From IMG/VR virus record IMGVR_UViG_3300029692_000015: DNA of 43,062 bases. The stretch is one strand, 5' to 3'. Of this stretch, positions 22,409 through 29,247 are shown piece by piece. Made by a program: the position numbers and the translations under genes. The notes beneath the pieces are model-generated. The model had not been told where the DNA came from, made no database searches, and saw nothing but the letters and a program-made list of their open reading frames with translations. The stretch's first letter is position 1, and each line of letters begins with the position of its first letter. This DNA is from a virus.

Positions 22409-22462
22409 AGTAAGCTCCTTTCAAAATTTTTTATACAAATCTGCGCAGATATTGTATTTTTG

Positions 22463-22471
22463 TGGTATAAT
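22463..22471 (+). promoter_or_regulatory. Extended -10 promoter (TGgTATAAT) for the HNH gene
   Basis: tgTGgTATAATag lies about 40 nt upstream of the ATG at 22510. Confidence 0.5.
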
Positions 22472-22509
22472 AGAAACAGATAAATCCACCATGCTATACG
22501 GAGGTTTTT

Positions 22510-23052
22510 ATGGAGAATTGGTTACCTGTTCCTGAATACGAAGGATTATATGAAGTGAGCGATTGTGGAAACGTAAAAAGCATGAATTATAACCACACCG
22601 GAAAATCTAAGAATCTTGTTCTCAAAAGCCATAAAAGCGGATACAAAACGGTAATGCTCTGCAATAAATCGGGAAAGAAAAACAAGTCCGTTCACGTTCT
22701 TGTTGCAAGTGCATTTCTTCCAAATCCAGAAAATCTGCCTTGTGTAAATCATATTGACGGAAACAAGAGCAATAATTTTGTTGAAAATCTCGAATGGATT
22801 TCTCGAAAGGGGAATACACAACACGCAATTGCAACAGGGCTTCGTGCCGATTCTAATATGCGCGGTAGAACTGGGTCTTTGAACCCATTGAGCAAACCGG
22901 TTGCCCAATACACAAAATCTGGTGACTTTATGAAGGTGTGGAGTGGGTATTCCGAAGCTGCCAGAGCTTACGGATGTAAGCCTTGTACAATCATCAACTG
23001 CGCAAAAGGTAGGATTAAGTCTTGTAAAGGCTTTGTCTGGAAAGAAGTTTAA
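22510..23052 (+). CDS. HNH homing endonuclease (NUMOD4 + HNH_3 type)
   Basis: WLPVPEYEGLYEVSDCGNVKS is NUMOD4-like and VHVLVASAFLPNPENLPCVNHIDGNKSNNFVENLEW is HNH-like. Plus strand, visibly AT-rich compared with its neighbours. Confidence 0.85.
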   Translation: MENWLPVPEYEGLYEVSDCGNVKSMNYNHTGKSKNLVLKSHKSGYKTVMLCNKSGKKNKSVHVLVASAFLPNPENLPCVNHIDGNKSNNFVENLEWISRKGNTQHAIATGLRADSNMRGRTGSLNPLSKPVAQYTKSGDFMKVWSGYSEAARAYGCKPCTIINCAKGRIKSCKGFVWKEV

Positions 23053-23276
23053 TGGGGAAGGAATTGCTGAAACTGCTGCGCCATCGCCTGCAGCTGGTTC
23101 AGCTGGTTTTGTGACATTTTGCCGGATTGCAGCAGCTTTTGCACCTCTGCTTTCGGGTCGCCTTGAAAGTTTGCACGGAACTGCTGGAACTGCTGCATCA
23201 TCTGCCCGAACTGACCCATCGGGTTTGGCATGGCGGGCATACTGCCGCCCAGTGCGTTAAAAAGAGGATTTGACAT
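23049..23276 (-). CDS. Gln/Met-rich small protein (75 aa)
   Basis: Contains MPNPMGQFGQMMQQFQQFRANFQGDP... No known motif. Confidence 0.55.
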   Translation of the reverse strand: MSNPLFNALGGSMPAMPNPMGQFGQMMQQFQQFRANFQGDPKAEVQKLLQSGKMSQNQLNQLQAMAQQFQQFLPH

Positions 23277-23278
23277 AA

Positions 23279-23719
23279 TTATTTGACCTCCGTTTCAGGT
23301 TTTGCAGGCTCTTGCTTCTCAAGTGCCGCACAGCGGGCTGCCAGCGCGTCAAACTCTGCCCGGGTGACAAACTCCACGCCGGGCTGCTGCGCCGTTTGTG
23401 GCGGCGTTTTTGCGGCTGTGGTGCGCTCCTTGTAGTCAAACACCCGGAGTGGAAGCGGCATACCGCTTGCATCGGTGCTTTTGATGTAAAACGCGCTGTT
23501 TTCGCTATCCATCAAGAGCACGCTGTTTCCTGCGGCAACCATGTATGCTTTTGCGCCCTCCTCGCCTTGCACCCAAATGATGGACGGTGTGCCCTGCGTC
23601 TGTTGCGCCGCTTGCCCCATCATGGGCTGCTGGTAGGCGTTCTGCCGCAGCTGTGCAAGCTGATCCGGCATTGCCTGCCCATAATAGCCGGGCTGGTATC
23701 CGTATGGAATGTATGGCAT
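23279..23719 (-). CDS. Hypothetical protein (146 aa), Y/Q-rich N-terminus
   Basis: Contains SIIWVQGEEGAKAYMVAAGNSVLLMDSENSAFYIKSTD... No function recognised. Confidence 0.6.
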   Translation of the reverse strand: MPYIPYGYQPGYYGQAMPDQLAQLRQNAYQQPMMGQAAQQTQGTPSIIWVQGEEGAKAYMVAAGNSVLLMDSENSAFYIKSTDASGMPLPLRVFDYKERTTAAKTPPQTAQQPGVEFVTRAEFDALAARCAALEKQEPAKPETEVK

Positions 23720-23722
23720 CGC

Positions 23723-24100
23723 TTAGTCCTCCTTGTACCAGTAATAAATCGGGCACTCTGCGCCACTGTCCCAGCTATCAATCCACTCGCCATTGACAAC
23801 AGCCAGAACGTGGCCAGAGCAGCCCAGAACGTAGATCCCGCGCGGGTACTCCCTTGCAAAATCCTCCACGGTGTAGCAGGAGGAGCAGTCTGCCTCGACA
23901 AGGCGGCGCTTAAATCCGCGCTTTTGGAGGTACGCGCCCCATGTGCGGTTGGCGCTTGGCATATCGCCCAACACGTAGCCCATCATCGCAAGCCCTATGT
24001 ATGCCTGCTCCCAGCTTTGCCCGGTGGCAGCTGCAACGGCTCGCACTGCACAGTCACCGACGCTGCTGCCGCGCGGGTTTGGATTAAACTTGTGCCACAT
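23723..24100 (-). CDS. Putative papain-like cysteine peptidase fold protein (125 aa)
   Basis: Candidate Cys in VGDCAVRAV and His/Asp in GHVLAVVNGEWIDSWDSG. Unverified. Confidence 0.5.
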   Translation of the reverse strand: MWHKFNPNPRGSSVGDCAVRAVAAATGQSWEQAYIGLAMMGYVLGDMPSANRTWGAYLQKRGFKRRLVEADCSSCYTVEDFAREYPRGIYVLGCSGHVLAVVNGEWIDSWDSGAECPIYYWYKED

Positions 24101-24200
24101 GAGCGCCCCTCCTTTTGCGTTTATCGTACCAGAATGTCACACCGGGAGAGGCAACGAACGTCAAACGAAGGACAAAAAATCTTAATTGAACCTTGCTTAA

Positions 24201-24233
24201 AGCTTGATTAGAGCTTGATTAGAGCTTGCTTAC
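24201..24233. repeat. Tandem repeat 3 x 11 bp (agcttgattag, third copy degenerate)
   Basis: Read directly: agcttgattag agcttgattag agcttgcttac. Confidence 0.8.
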
Positions 24234-24238
24234 TGTAA

Positions 24239-24283
24239 GCAAAAAAAGAAAAGCGCCCACACAGAGAAGGACTGTGCGGGCGC
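24239..24283 (-). terminator. Rho-independent terminator
   Basis: 12-bp stem GCGCCCACACAG/CTGTGCGGGCGC (one mismatch), followed on the minus strand by TTTTCTTTTTTTG. Confidence 0.7.
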
Positions 24284-24325
24284 TCGATGTTTGCACCCAA
24301 TAGGTGTAAAAAATTCAAAAAAGTC

Positions 24326-24354
24326 TTGACTTTTGCACTCAATGGGTGTATATT
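24326..24354 (+). promoter_or_regulatory. Sigma-70 promoter (TTGACT-17 nt-TATATT) of the plus-strand two-gene operon
   Basis: -35 at 24326-24331 and -10 at 24349-24354. Confidence 0.7.
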
Positions 24355-24402
24355 ATAGACAGTAGAGGAAATCAAAATCGCACAAAAAAGGAGATAACTA
24401 CT

Positions 24403-24750
24403 ATGACCAGCTTTGAGACTAAAAAGAAGATCGTTCTTGCAGGCAACAGCCGCATTTTTAACGACTGGGCTGCCCACTCTACTATTACGATGGACGAGTT
24501 TATCTCGGCGCTTCAGTGGCTGTGCGAGGATGCACTGGACAAAAACGGCAAGATTACCCGGGAAATCGCGCTTGCTCCCGACCGCATCGTGAAGCTGCGC
24601 CGCGTCAACGATGGTCTGGGCATGACCGCTTTTTATAAGTATCCCCGCGACAACGGCGGCGATGGAGAGCTGGGTTCTCTCTGGAGCGGTGAGAAGTTCC
24701 CTGATGGCTTTGTGCGCAAAATCAGCCTGTCCGTGAAAGACCGCATTTGA
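24403..24750 (+). CDS. Hypothetical protein (115 aa), first gene of the plus-strand operon
   Basis: Start MTSFETKKK after AAAAGGAGATAACTACT. No motif recognised. Confidence 0.65.
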   Translation: MTSFETKKKIVLAGNSRIFNDWAAHSTITMDEFISALQWLCEDALDKNGKITREIALAPDRIVKLRRVNDGLGMTAFYKYPRDNGGDGELGSLWSGEKFPDGFVRKISLSVKDRI

Positions 24751-24766
24751 AAGGGGGCGAACAAAG

Positions 24767-25363
24767 ATGGCAACTGCAAAAGAAATTGGAATCGGAATAA
24801 AGAATGCGCGCCTTACCGTTGGTATCACGCAAGCAGAGTTAGCTCGTAGACTTGGTGTTACACCTCAAGCCATCAGCCAATATGAACGAGGAGAAAAAAA
24901 GCCTAAAATTGAAACAATCAAAAAAATAGCAGATGCATTGGGTGTAAGTTGGTTTCAACTATCTCATCTTGATGATTTGGTTGCTACTTCTGAGGAAAGA
25001 GTTTTGGACAAAGAGGAAGTATACCAAAGTATAGCAGTTGATTATACTACCGCTGAACTTTTTGTTATGGCTTCTGAACCGGAAGCATCCCGTGTGGCGT
25101 TCCTCAACAACGTGGCCATGACCATCCCGGAAGATGCTTCCGGCTGCATCGACATGGACGCCGAAAAGAAGCGGCTGTCCGTCATCTGGGGTCTGGCGCA
25201 CCTGTCCATGCGGGAGCTGATCTCCCGCACCGGAATGTCGCAGACCGCTTTTGCAAAATGCGCGGGCATTCCGCTGCGCACGGTGCAGAACTGGTGTGCC
25301 GGAAGCCGGGACTGCCCGGCATATGTCAGATTTTTGCTGGCGGAGCACTACAAGCTGCTGTAA
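24767..25363 (+). CDS. Double-HTH (XRE-type) regulator / antitoxin-like protein
   Basis: HTH 1: IGIKNARLTVGITQAELARRLGVTPQAISQYERGEKKP. HTH 2: LSMRELISRTGMSQTAFAKCAGIPLRTVQNWCAGSRDCP. Confidence 0.8.
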   Translation: MATAKEIGIGIKNARLTVGITQAELARRLGVTPQAISQYERGEKKPKIETIKKIADALGVSWFQLSHLDDLVATSEERVLDKEEVYQSIAVDYTTAELFVMASEPEASRVAFLNNVAMTIPEDASGCIDMDAEKKRLSVIWGLAHLSMRELISRTGMSQTAFAKCAGIPLRTVQNWCAGSRDCPAYVRFLLAEHYKLL

Positions 25364-25365
25364 AA

Positions 25366-25439
25366 CAAAAAATCCCCCACTTTGCCTACAAAGTACCCCG
25401 CGTGGCACGCAGGGCTTCGGCAAAGCAGGGGATTTTTTG
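25366..25439 (+). terminator. Long-stem rho-independent terminator
   Basis: AATCCCC...CTTTGCC pairs with GGCAAAG...GGGGATT and is followed by TTTTTT. The flanking A-run allows bidirectional use. Confidence 0.7.
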
Positions 25440-25440
25440 T

Positions 25441-25479
25441 AAAATCAAGAGCGGAACCGCCCACAGGCAATGCCGCTCT
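25441..25479 (-). terminator. Candidate terminator for the small minus-strand unit
   Basis: 7-bp stem AGAGCGG/CCGCTCT with an 18-nt loop, followed on the minus strand by TGATTTT. Confidence 0.5.
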
Positions 25480-25498
25480 CTACAAAGGCCGTAGCTTT

Positions 25499-25675
25499 TC
25501 AATCTGGGTCTCCTAAGTGCATAGGGATATAAAACGGAATAAACCGCTTCCAGCTGTGGCAGTGTCTAGGCCAGAACCGCACGATGTACCAATCGCCAAA
25601 CAAGTGAAAAGTGGTGTAGTATTTTGCGATTCTTGACACTCGTTCTTCTTTTGTATTGCACATAAGCATCACCAT
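25499..25675 (-). CDS. Small aromatic/His-rich ORF (58 aa) with structured leader
   Basis: ATG at 25675 follows GGGAGACGATTTTAT (MVMLMCNTKEERVSRIAKYYTTFHLFGDWYIVRFWPRHCHSWKRFIPFYIPMHLGDPD). The RBS lies in the 3' arm of a 9-bp hairpin (25684-25692 / 25717-25725). Confidence 0.35.
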   Translation of the reverse strand: MVMLMCNTKEERVSRIAKYYTTFHLFGDWYIVRFWPRHCHSWKRFIPFYIPMHLGDPD

Positions 25676-25811
25676 ATAAAATCGTCTCCCGCATGGTACG
25701 CACTGCGAGTAGGCGGGCGGGAGACTAAATTTCGTAAGCTGTGCGCTTGTGCTGGCAGAAATCTTTAGGCCAGACCACACCAGCAATTCATTAGGCGAAT
25801 TGTCTGTAAAT

Positions 25812-25820
25812 ATTATACCA
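25812..25820 (-). promoter_or_regulatory. Extended -10 promoter (TGgTATAAT)
   Basis: The minus strand reads attgTGgTATAATattt about 135 nt upstream of the small ORF. Confidence 0.45.
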
Positions 25821-25830
25821 CAATCCGTGC

Positions 25831-25868
25831 AAAAAGAAAAGCGGCAGACCCGAAAGCCTGCCGCTTTT
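25831..25868. terminator. Bidirectional rho-independent terminator
   Basis: Stem GCGGCAG/CTGCCGC flanked by AAAAAGAAAA and TTTT. Confidence 0.65.
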
Positions 25869-25919
25869 GAATTGCATGAGCAGAAACCCAAAGCTAATTC
25901 GTTGCTCATGATTATTATA

Positions 25920-26153
25920 TCACACATTCAGCATTTTATCAATCTTTTTTAGCCTATTGCCGATTGATGTCCGACAATACGGCACACGCGCTGCAATATC
26001 AACTTGGCATAGCTGGTCAACGTACCGCAACCGGGCGATTTTCCGGTCATACCTCCCAAGCGGTGCACGTTTTATCACAGCTTTTATCTGTTCTGCATTA
26101 AGCCCTTGCAACGCTGGCGGAAAGACTATGCGAGCCGCCGCCACGGGCAGCAC
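25920..26153 (-). CDS. Sigma-70 region-4-like HTH protein fragment (GTG start, no RBS)
   Basis: LNAEQIKAVIKRAPLGRYDRKIARLRYVDQLCQVDIAARVPYCRTSIGNRLKKIDKML is region-4-like. Overlaps the upstream ORF by 56 nt in a frame offset by 1. Confidence 0.5.
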   Translation of the reverse strand: MLPVAAARIVFPPALQGLNAEQIKAVIKRAPLGRYDRKIARLRYVDQLCQVDIAARVPYCRTSIGNRLKKIDKMLNV

Positions 26154-26280
26154 CGAGCCAGAAGGGCTGCGGAAGCTGTCCGGCGTTGCGCACCATTACA
26201 GGGACGTTACCGAGATGGTCGATTTTGCCGCATCTCTTGATTTCACAAAATCGTTTCTGCTCGTATATAGTGCTTGCCAT
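26098..26280 (-). CDS. Small ORF (60 aa), possibly the N-terminal part of the regulator at 25920-26153
   Basis: ATG at 26280 follows AAGGAGGATATC (MASTIYEQKRFCEIKRCGKIDHLG...). Confidence 0.45.
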   Translation of the reverse strand: MASTIYEQKRFCEIKRCGKIDHLGNVPVMVRNAGQLPQPFWLGAARGGGSHSLSASVARA

Positions 26281-26290
26281 GATATCCTCC

Positions 26291-26629
26291 TTACTGCTTT
26301 TGTAGGGCTGCTCTTGCCCGATCAAAGAAAAACTGGATGACCTTGCTCATGGTCTCTTCCGTGATAGCCCACGAGACCAGCCTGCCCCATTTGCTGTTGT
26401 CCAGATAGTGGCGCAGCATCTTGACGCACCACGCCTTGCGCTCTGCGCCGCGCTTGGTTCCTTGGATTTCTCGCTCTGCTTGGTCGATGAGGTCAAGCAC
26501 AGTGCCCTTGACGGCGGCACCGTAGCCCAGCCGGAGACATCCAAGGGCGTAGAAGATGAACCCGCCCAGCATGAGCACGAGGGCCACAGGGGCAGGAAGT
26601 GCGGTCAAAATGTTATTGATTGTTGCCAT
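26291..26629 (-). CDS. Holin candidate (LL-H-family-like)
   Basis: N-terminal TM segment LPAPVALVLMLGGFIFYALG followed by QAEREIQGTKRGAERKAWCVKMLRHYL. Located downstream of the endolysin. Confidence 0.6.
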   Translation of the reverse strand: MATINNILTALPAPVALVLMLGGFIFYALGCLRLGYGAAVKGTVLDLIDQAEREIQGTKRGAERKAWCVKMLRHYLDNSKWGRLVSWAITEETMSKVIQFFFDRARAALQKQ

Positions 26630-26632
26630 GTA

Positions 26633-26890
26633 TTACTCTCCTCTCTCTTTTTCGAGGTCTTCTATGCGGTGGTTTGCCACCTTGATCTGCTCTTCCAGCA
26701 CTGGCACGCGCTGGGCAAAGTTGTTGTGCGCCCGGACTTCGCGGGTCAGCTCTTCCAGCTTGGTTTCAGTGACGGCCTGCTGCTTGTCCAACTTGGCGTC
26801 CATGCTCTGTGCGGTGCGGTTATTGGAGACGATCGCGCCGATCAGGCTCAGACCGCCGGTGATGATTGCCACGATGATTGATTCGCTCAT
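26633..26890 (-). CDS. Lysis-associated membrane protein (N-terminal TM + coiled coil)
   Basis: IIVAIITGGLSLIGAIV followed by heptad-like charged repeats. ATGA-coupled to the endolysin stop. Confidence 0.55.
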   Translation of the reverse strand: MSESIIVAIITGGLSLIGAIVSNNRTAQSMDAKLDKQQAVTETKLEELTREVRAHNNFAQRVPVLEEQIKVANHRIEDLEKERGE

Positions 26891-27564
26891 GCGCCCTCCC
26901 GAAGACGGGTCAGACCCTTCTTTGCAATGATTTTAGCGTAGTCCTTGTAGGGCACAGACAAGTCCACGCCGGAAATCTTGCCCGGGATCGCGTCCACAAC
27001 ACCGGGAATCTTGCCCTTGCTGGTGTACTGCCACAGCCCGAATTTCCATTCCGGCGCGGGCTTTTTGCTGCGGTAGGCTGCAAGCCACACGTCATACGGC
27101 TTGAGCGCCGCGCCGGTCATGTACATGTTATCACGGCCAAAGTACAGCCCGGTGTATAGCATGGCGTAAAAGCCCCAGCGCTCCACCGTGCCCAGCGCAT
27201 GAGCGGCAATGTTCGTCAGGGTCTGCTTGTCCAGCGGAGCTTGCACATACTTGTCCTCAATGTCCACCGCCACCGGCAGCTGCACTGTCTTGCCGGTCAG
27301 CACCTTGCGCAGCAGGGCAAGTTCTGCGTCAGCTTCTTCCGTGTTGACCGCCTTGCAGTAGTAGTACACGCCACAGGGGATGCCCAGCCGCTGGCACTCG
27401 CGGTAGTTGCGCTCAAAGGTGGGGTCGATGTACGGCTTGCTGGGCGCGTCTTTCGCGCTGTTGCCCAGCGCCCGCAGCATCACGCCGGAGACAAGGCCGC
27501 TTGCCTTGACATTGTCCCAGTCGATGTTACCCTGCCAGCGGGAAACGTCCATGATAGGTCTCAT
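26887..27564 (-). CDS. Endolysin, glycoside hydrolase family 25 muramidase
   Basis: MDVSRWQGNIDWDNVKASG...GVYYY...VAVDIE is a GH25 signature. Start MRPIMDVS at 27564 follows AAGGAGCAGAGT. Confidence 0.85.
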   Translation of the reverse strand: MRPIMDVSRWQGNIDWDNVKASGLVSGVMLRALGNSAKDAPSKPYIDPTFERNYRECQRLGIPCGVYYYCKAVNTEEADAELALLRKVLTGKTVQLPVAVDIEDKYVQAPLDKQTLTNIAAHALGTVERWGFYAMLYTGLYFGRDNMYMTGAALKPYDVWLAAYRSKKPAPEWKFGLWQYTSKGKIPGVVDAIPGKISGVDLSVPYKDYAKIIAKKGLTRLREGA

Positions 27565-27574
27565 ACTCTGCTCC

Positions 27575-27727
27575 TTAATACTTTTCGCCGGTAATCTCTT
27601 CATACTCCGCTGCGGTCAGGCGCTGGGGCTTGCGCTGCACAAGGATGCGTAGCATGGCCTTAGACCAGAGGCCCGCCTCATACTCGTCTTTTGCTTTGCC
27701 AAAGATCGCGCTGTGCTTATCACTCAT
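27575..27727 (-). CDS. XkdX-like small phage protein (50 aa)
   Basis: MSDKHSAIFGKAKDEYEAGLWSKAMLRILVQRKPQRLTAAEYEEITGEKY. The ...AEEYxEITGExY ending is typical of the XkdX family. Confidence 0.6.
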   Translation of the reverse strand: MSDKHSAIFGKAKDEYEAGLWSKAMLRILVQRKPQRLTAAEYEEITGEKY

Positions 27728-27884
27728 GGCTCATGCCCTCCTTGTCTGCGGCCTCGTCCTCAATAGGCACATCGGCCAGAATGCACAGGAAATCCACCAT
27801 AGACGCGATCTGTGCCAAATCCGCGTCCCGGTTCTCGTTTTCGGCGGCGGTCTTGATGCCGCCAGTGTTGCGAACAATTTTCAT
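27720..27884 (-). CDS. Small acidic ORF (54 aa) translationally coupled to the RT stop
   Basis: ATG at 27884 follows GGAGGGGATAACGAC. ATGA overlap with the RT stop at 27881-27883. Confidence 0.45.
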   Translation of the reverse strand: MKIVRNTGGIKTAAENENRDADLAQIASMVDFLCILADVPIEDEAADKEGMSHE

Positions 27885-28945
27885 GTCGTTATCCCCTCCA
27901 GCAGAGTTTTAACGTATTGATCCATGCGCTGCAGCAGCTGCTGCGAGTTGCCTTTAGCGGCATGGGCTTTCCATGATCCATACTGCTCATACAGGGCAGA
28001 TACCGGTTTCTCTCCTGCCTTGATGAGCTGGGCAAGCCGAAACAGGCGCTTGCGCTCGGCCTTGACGTTCTGCGGGTCAACGGTCATAACGACCTTGCCC
28101 GCCGGGGTCAGGCGGTAGATGAAACCTAGAAAACGGAATCCATCCTTTAGTCTGACGATCTTGGTCTTGGTCGGGTGCAGCTCCATGCCATCGGCAGCGT
28201 ACCGGGCGCGGATCGCCTCCCGCCACTCCTCAAGCTGCGCCTTGTCGTGGTGGATGATGAGGCTATCATCCATAAAACGGACGTACTTTTTCGCCCGCAG
28301 GCGCTCCTTGATGTAGTGATCTATGGGGTCGGGCACCGAGATCCCGGCAAGCTGCACCATCTGGCTGCCCGGATTATAACCGGCCTCGCCGGTATATTGA
28401 CGATCCAGCACCTCACGCACGCGGTTATGCACACTTGGCGGCAGATGCCGCTCAAAGCAGCGGTTTGCCACGTCATGGGGCATCGTGTCGTAATAGTGCC
28501 GGATATCTACCAACAGCACATAGCCATCAGCGCCGTGCTGCCGGTATTCGCGCTCCATCATGAGCTTGACCTGCTCACGCGCCCAGTCCGTACCTTTGCC
28601 GGTCTGACAGGCCGCATTTTGCCGGATGAAACTCCGTGTCATTGCTGGATAAACAGCATTGTCGTTGAGAGAGCGCTGGTATACCCTATCCCGAAAGCCG
28701 TTCGCAACCGCTGTGCGGGGCTTGGGATAGGTGATTCTAACTTTGATTGTTGGCCGTGCCTTGTATGTACCTGTCGCGAGCTCCTTTTGGAGTTTCAGGA
28801 TCTCGTCCATCCGAAACAGGTGAAACCGTCCAACGCTTGCCTTGCGGCACACGCCTTTGGCGCACTTGCCCTCGGAATTATACAGGGCATCGAACCCGAT
28901 TATTATTTCTTCTTCTTGCACTGATTTTTTCAGCTCTCCTCGCAA
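27881..28945 (-). CDS. DGR-type reverse transcriptase (start codon uncertain: TTG 28945 or GTG 28921)
   Basis: YVRFMDDSLI (YxDD box), GYNPGSQMVQLAG (GxxxSQ-like) and LLVDIRHYYDTM. Located immediately 3' of the template repeat. Confidence 0.9.
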   Translation of the reverse strand: MRGELKKSVQEEEIIIGFDALYNSEGKCAKGVCRKASVGRFHLFRMDEILKLQKELATGTYKARPTIKVRITYPKPRTAVANGFRDRVYQRSLNDNAVYPAMTRSFIRQNAACQTGKGTDWAREQVKLMMEREYRQHGADGYVLLVDIRHYYDTMPHDVANRCFERHLPPSVHNRVREVLDRQYTGEAGYNPGSQMVQLAGISVPDPIDHYIKERLRAKKYVRFMDDSLIIHHDKAQLEEWREAIRARYAADGMELHPTKTKIVRLKDGFRFLGFIYRLTPAGKVVMTVDPQNVKAERKRLFRLAQLIKAGEKPVSALYEQYGSWKAHAAKGNSQQLLQRMDQYVKTLLEGITT

Positions 28946-29101
28946 GGATCTGCCGGGTGATAGCGGTCAACACCCCGCAGGGTGGCCACGTCCGGCTGAT
29001 ATTGTTCGTCTGCCAGAGGACAGACATGGCACTCGGCTCCTTGCACGGCAGTTTTTGCCCGGCCTCTGCTATGCAGGGGCTTTTGTGGGCGTGCTGCCGT
29101 C

Positions 29102-29225
29102 CAATCCGGGGCGCAGCGATTCGCGTTGATCGCGTTCCAGTTGTTGACGTTGCCGCTGGAGTTCACGTTGAAGGCATTGTAACCGTTGCCACGATTCGCA
29201 GAGCGCAGCCGCACATTGCGGCCCA
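29102..29225 (-). other. DGR template repeat (TR)
   Basis: 124-nt match to 29728-29851 at an offset of 626. All 17 mismatches are T on the plus strand, which is A on the transcribed minus strand. In the VR frame it is rich in AAC/AAT codons (RLRSANRGNGYNAFNVNSSGNVNNWNAINANRCAP). Confidence 0.9.
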
Positions 29226-29247
29226 TTAGCCTACAGCCATTTTTATG

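Noticed and set aside
24208-24828. 206-aa minus-strand ORF
   Set aside because: It is antisense to the well-signalled plus-strand operon (promoter, RBSs and HTH motifs) and spans a terminator and a promoter.
27881-28945. The RT as part of a retron, group II intron or Abi system
   Set aside because: There is no msr/msd-like inverted repeat and no intron RNA domains or maturase/endonuclease extensions. Instead, an adjacent TR with an adenine-specific VR partner and an Avd-like gene define a DGR.
28930-29226. 98-aa minus-strand ORF between the RT and avd
   Set aside because: It is the DGR template repeat read in the VR frame (Asn-rich RLRSANRGNGYNAFNVNSSGNVNNWNAINANR) plus spacer. TRs are non-coding RNA templates and it has no RBS.
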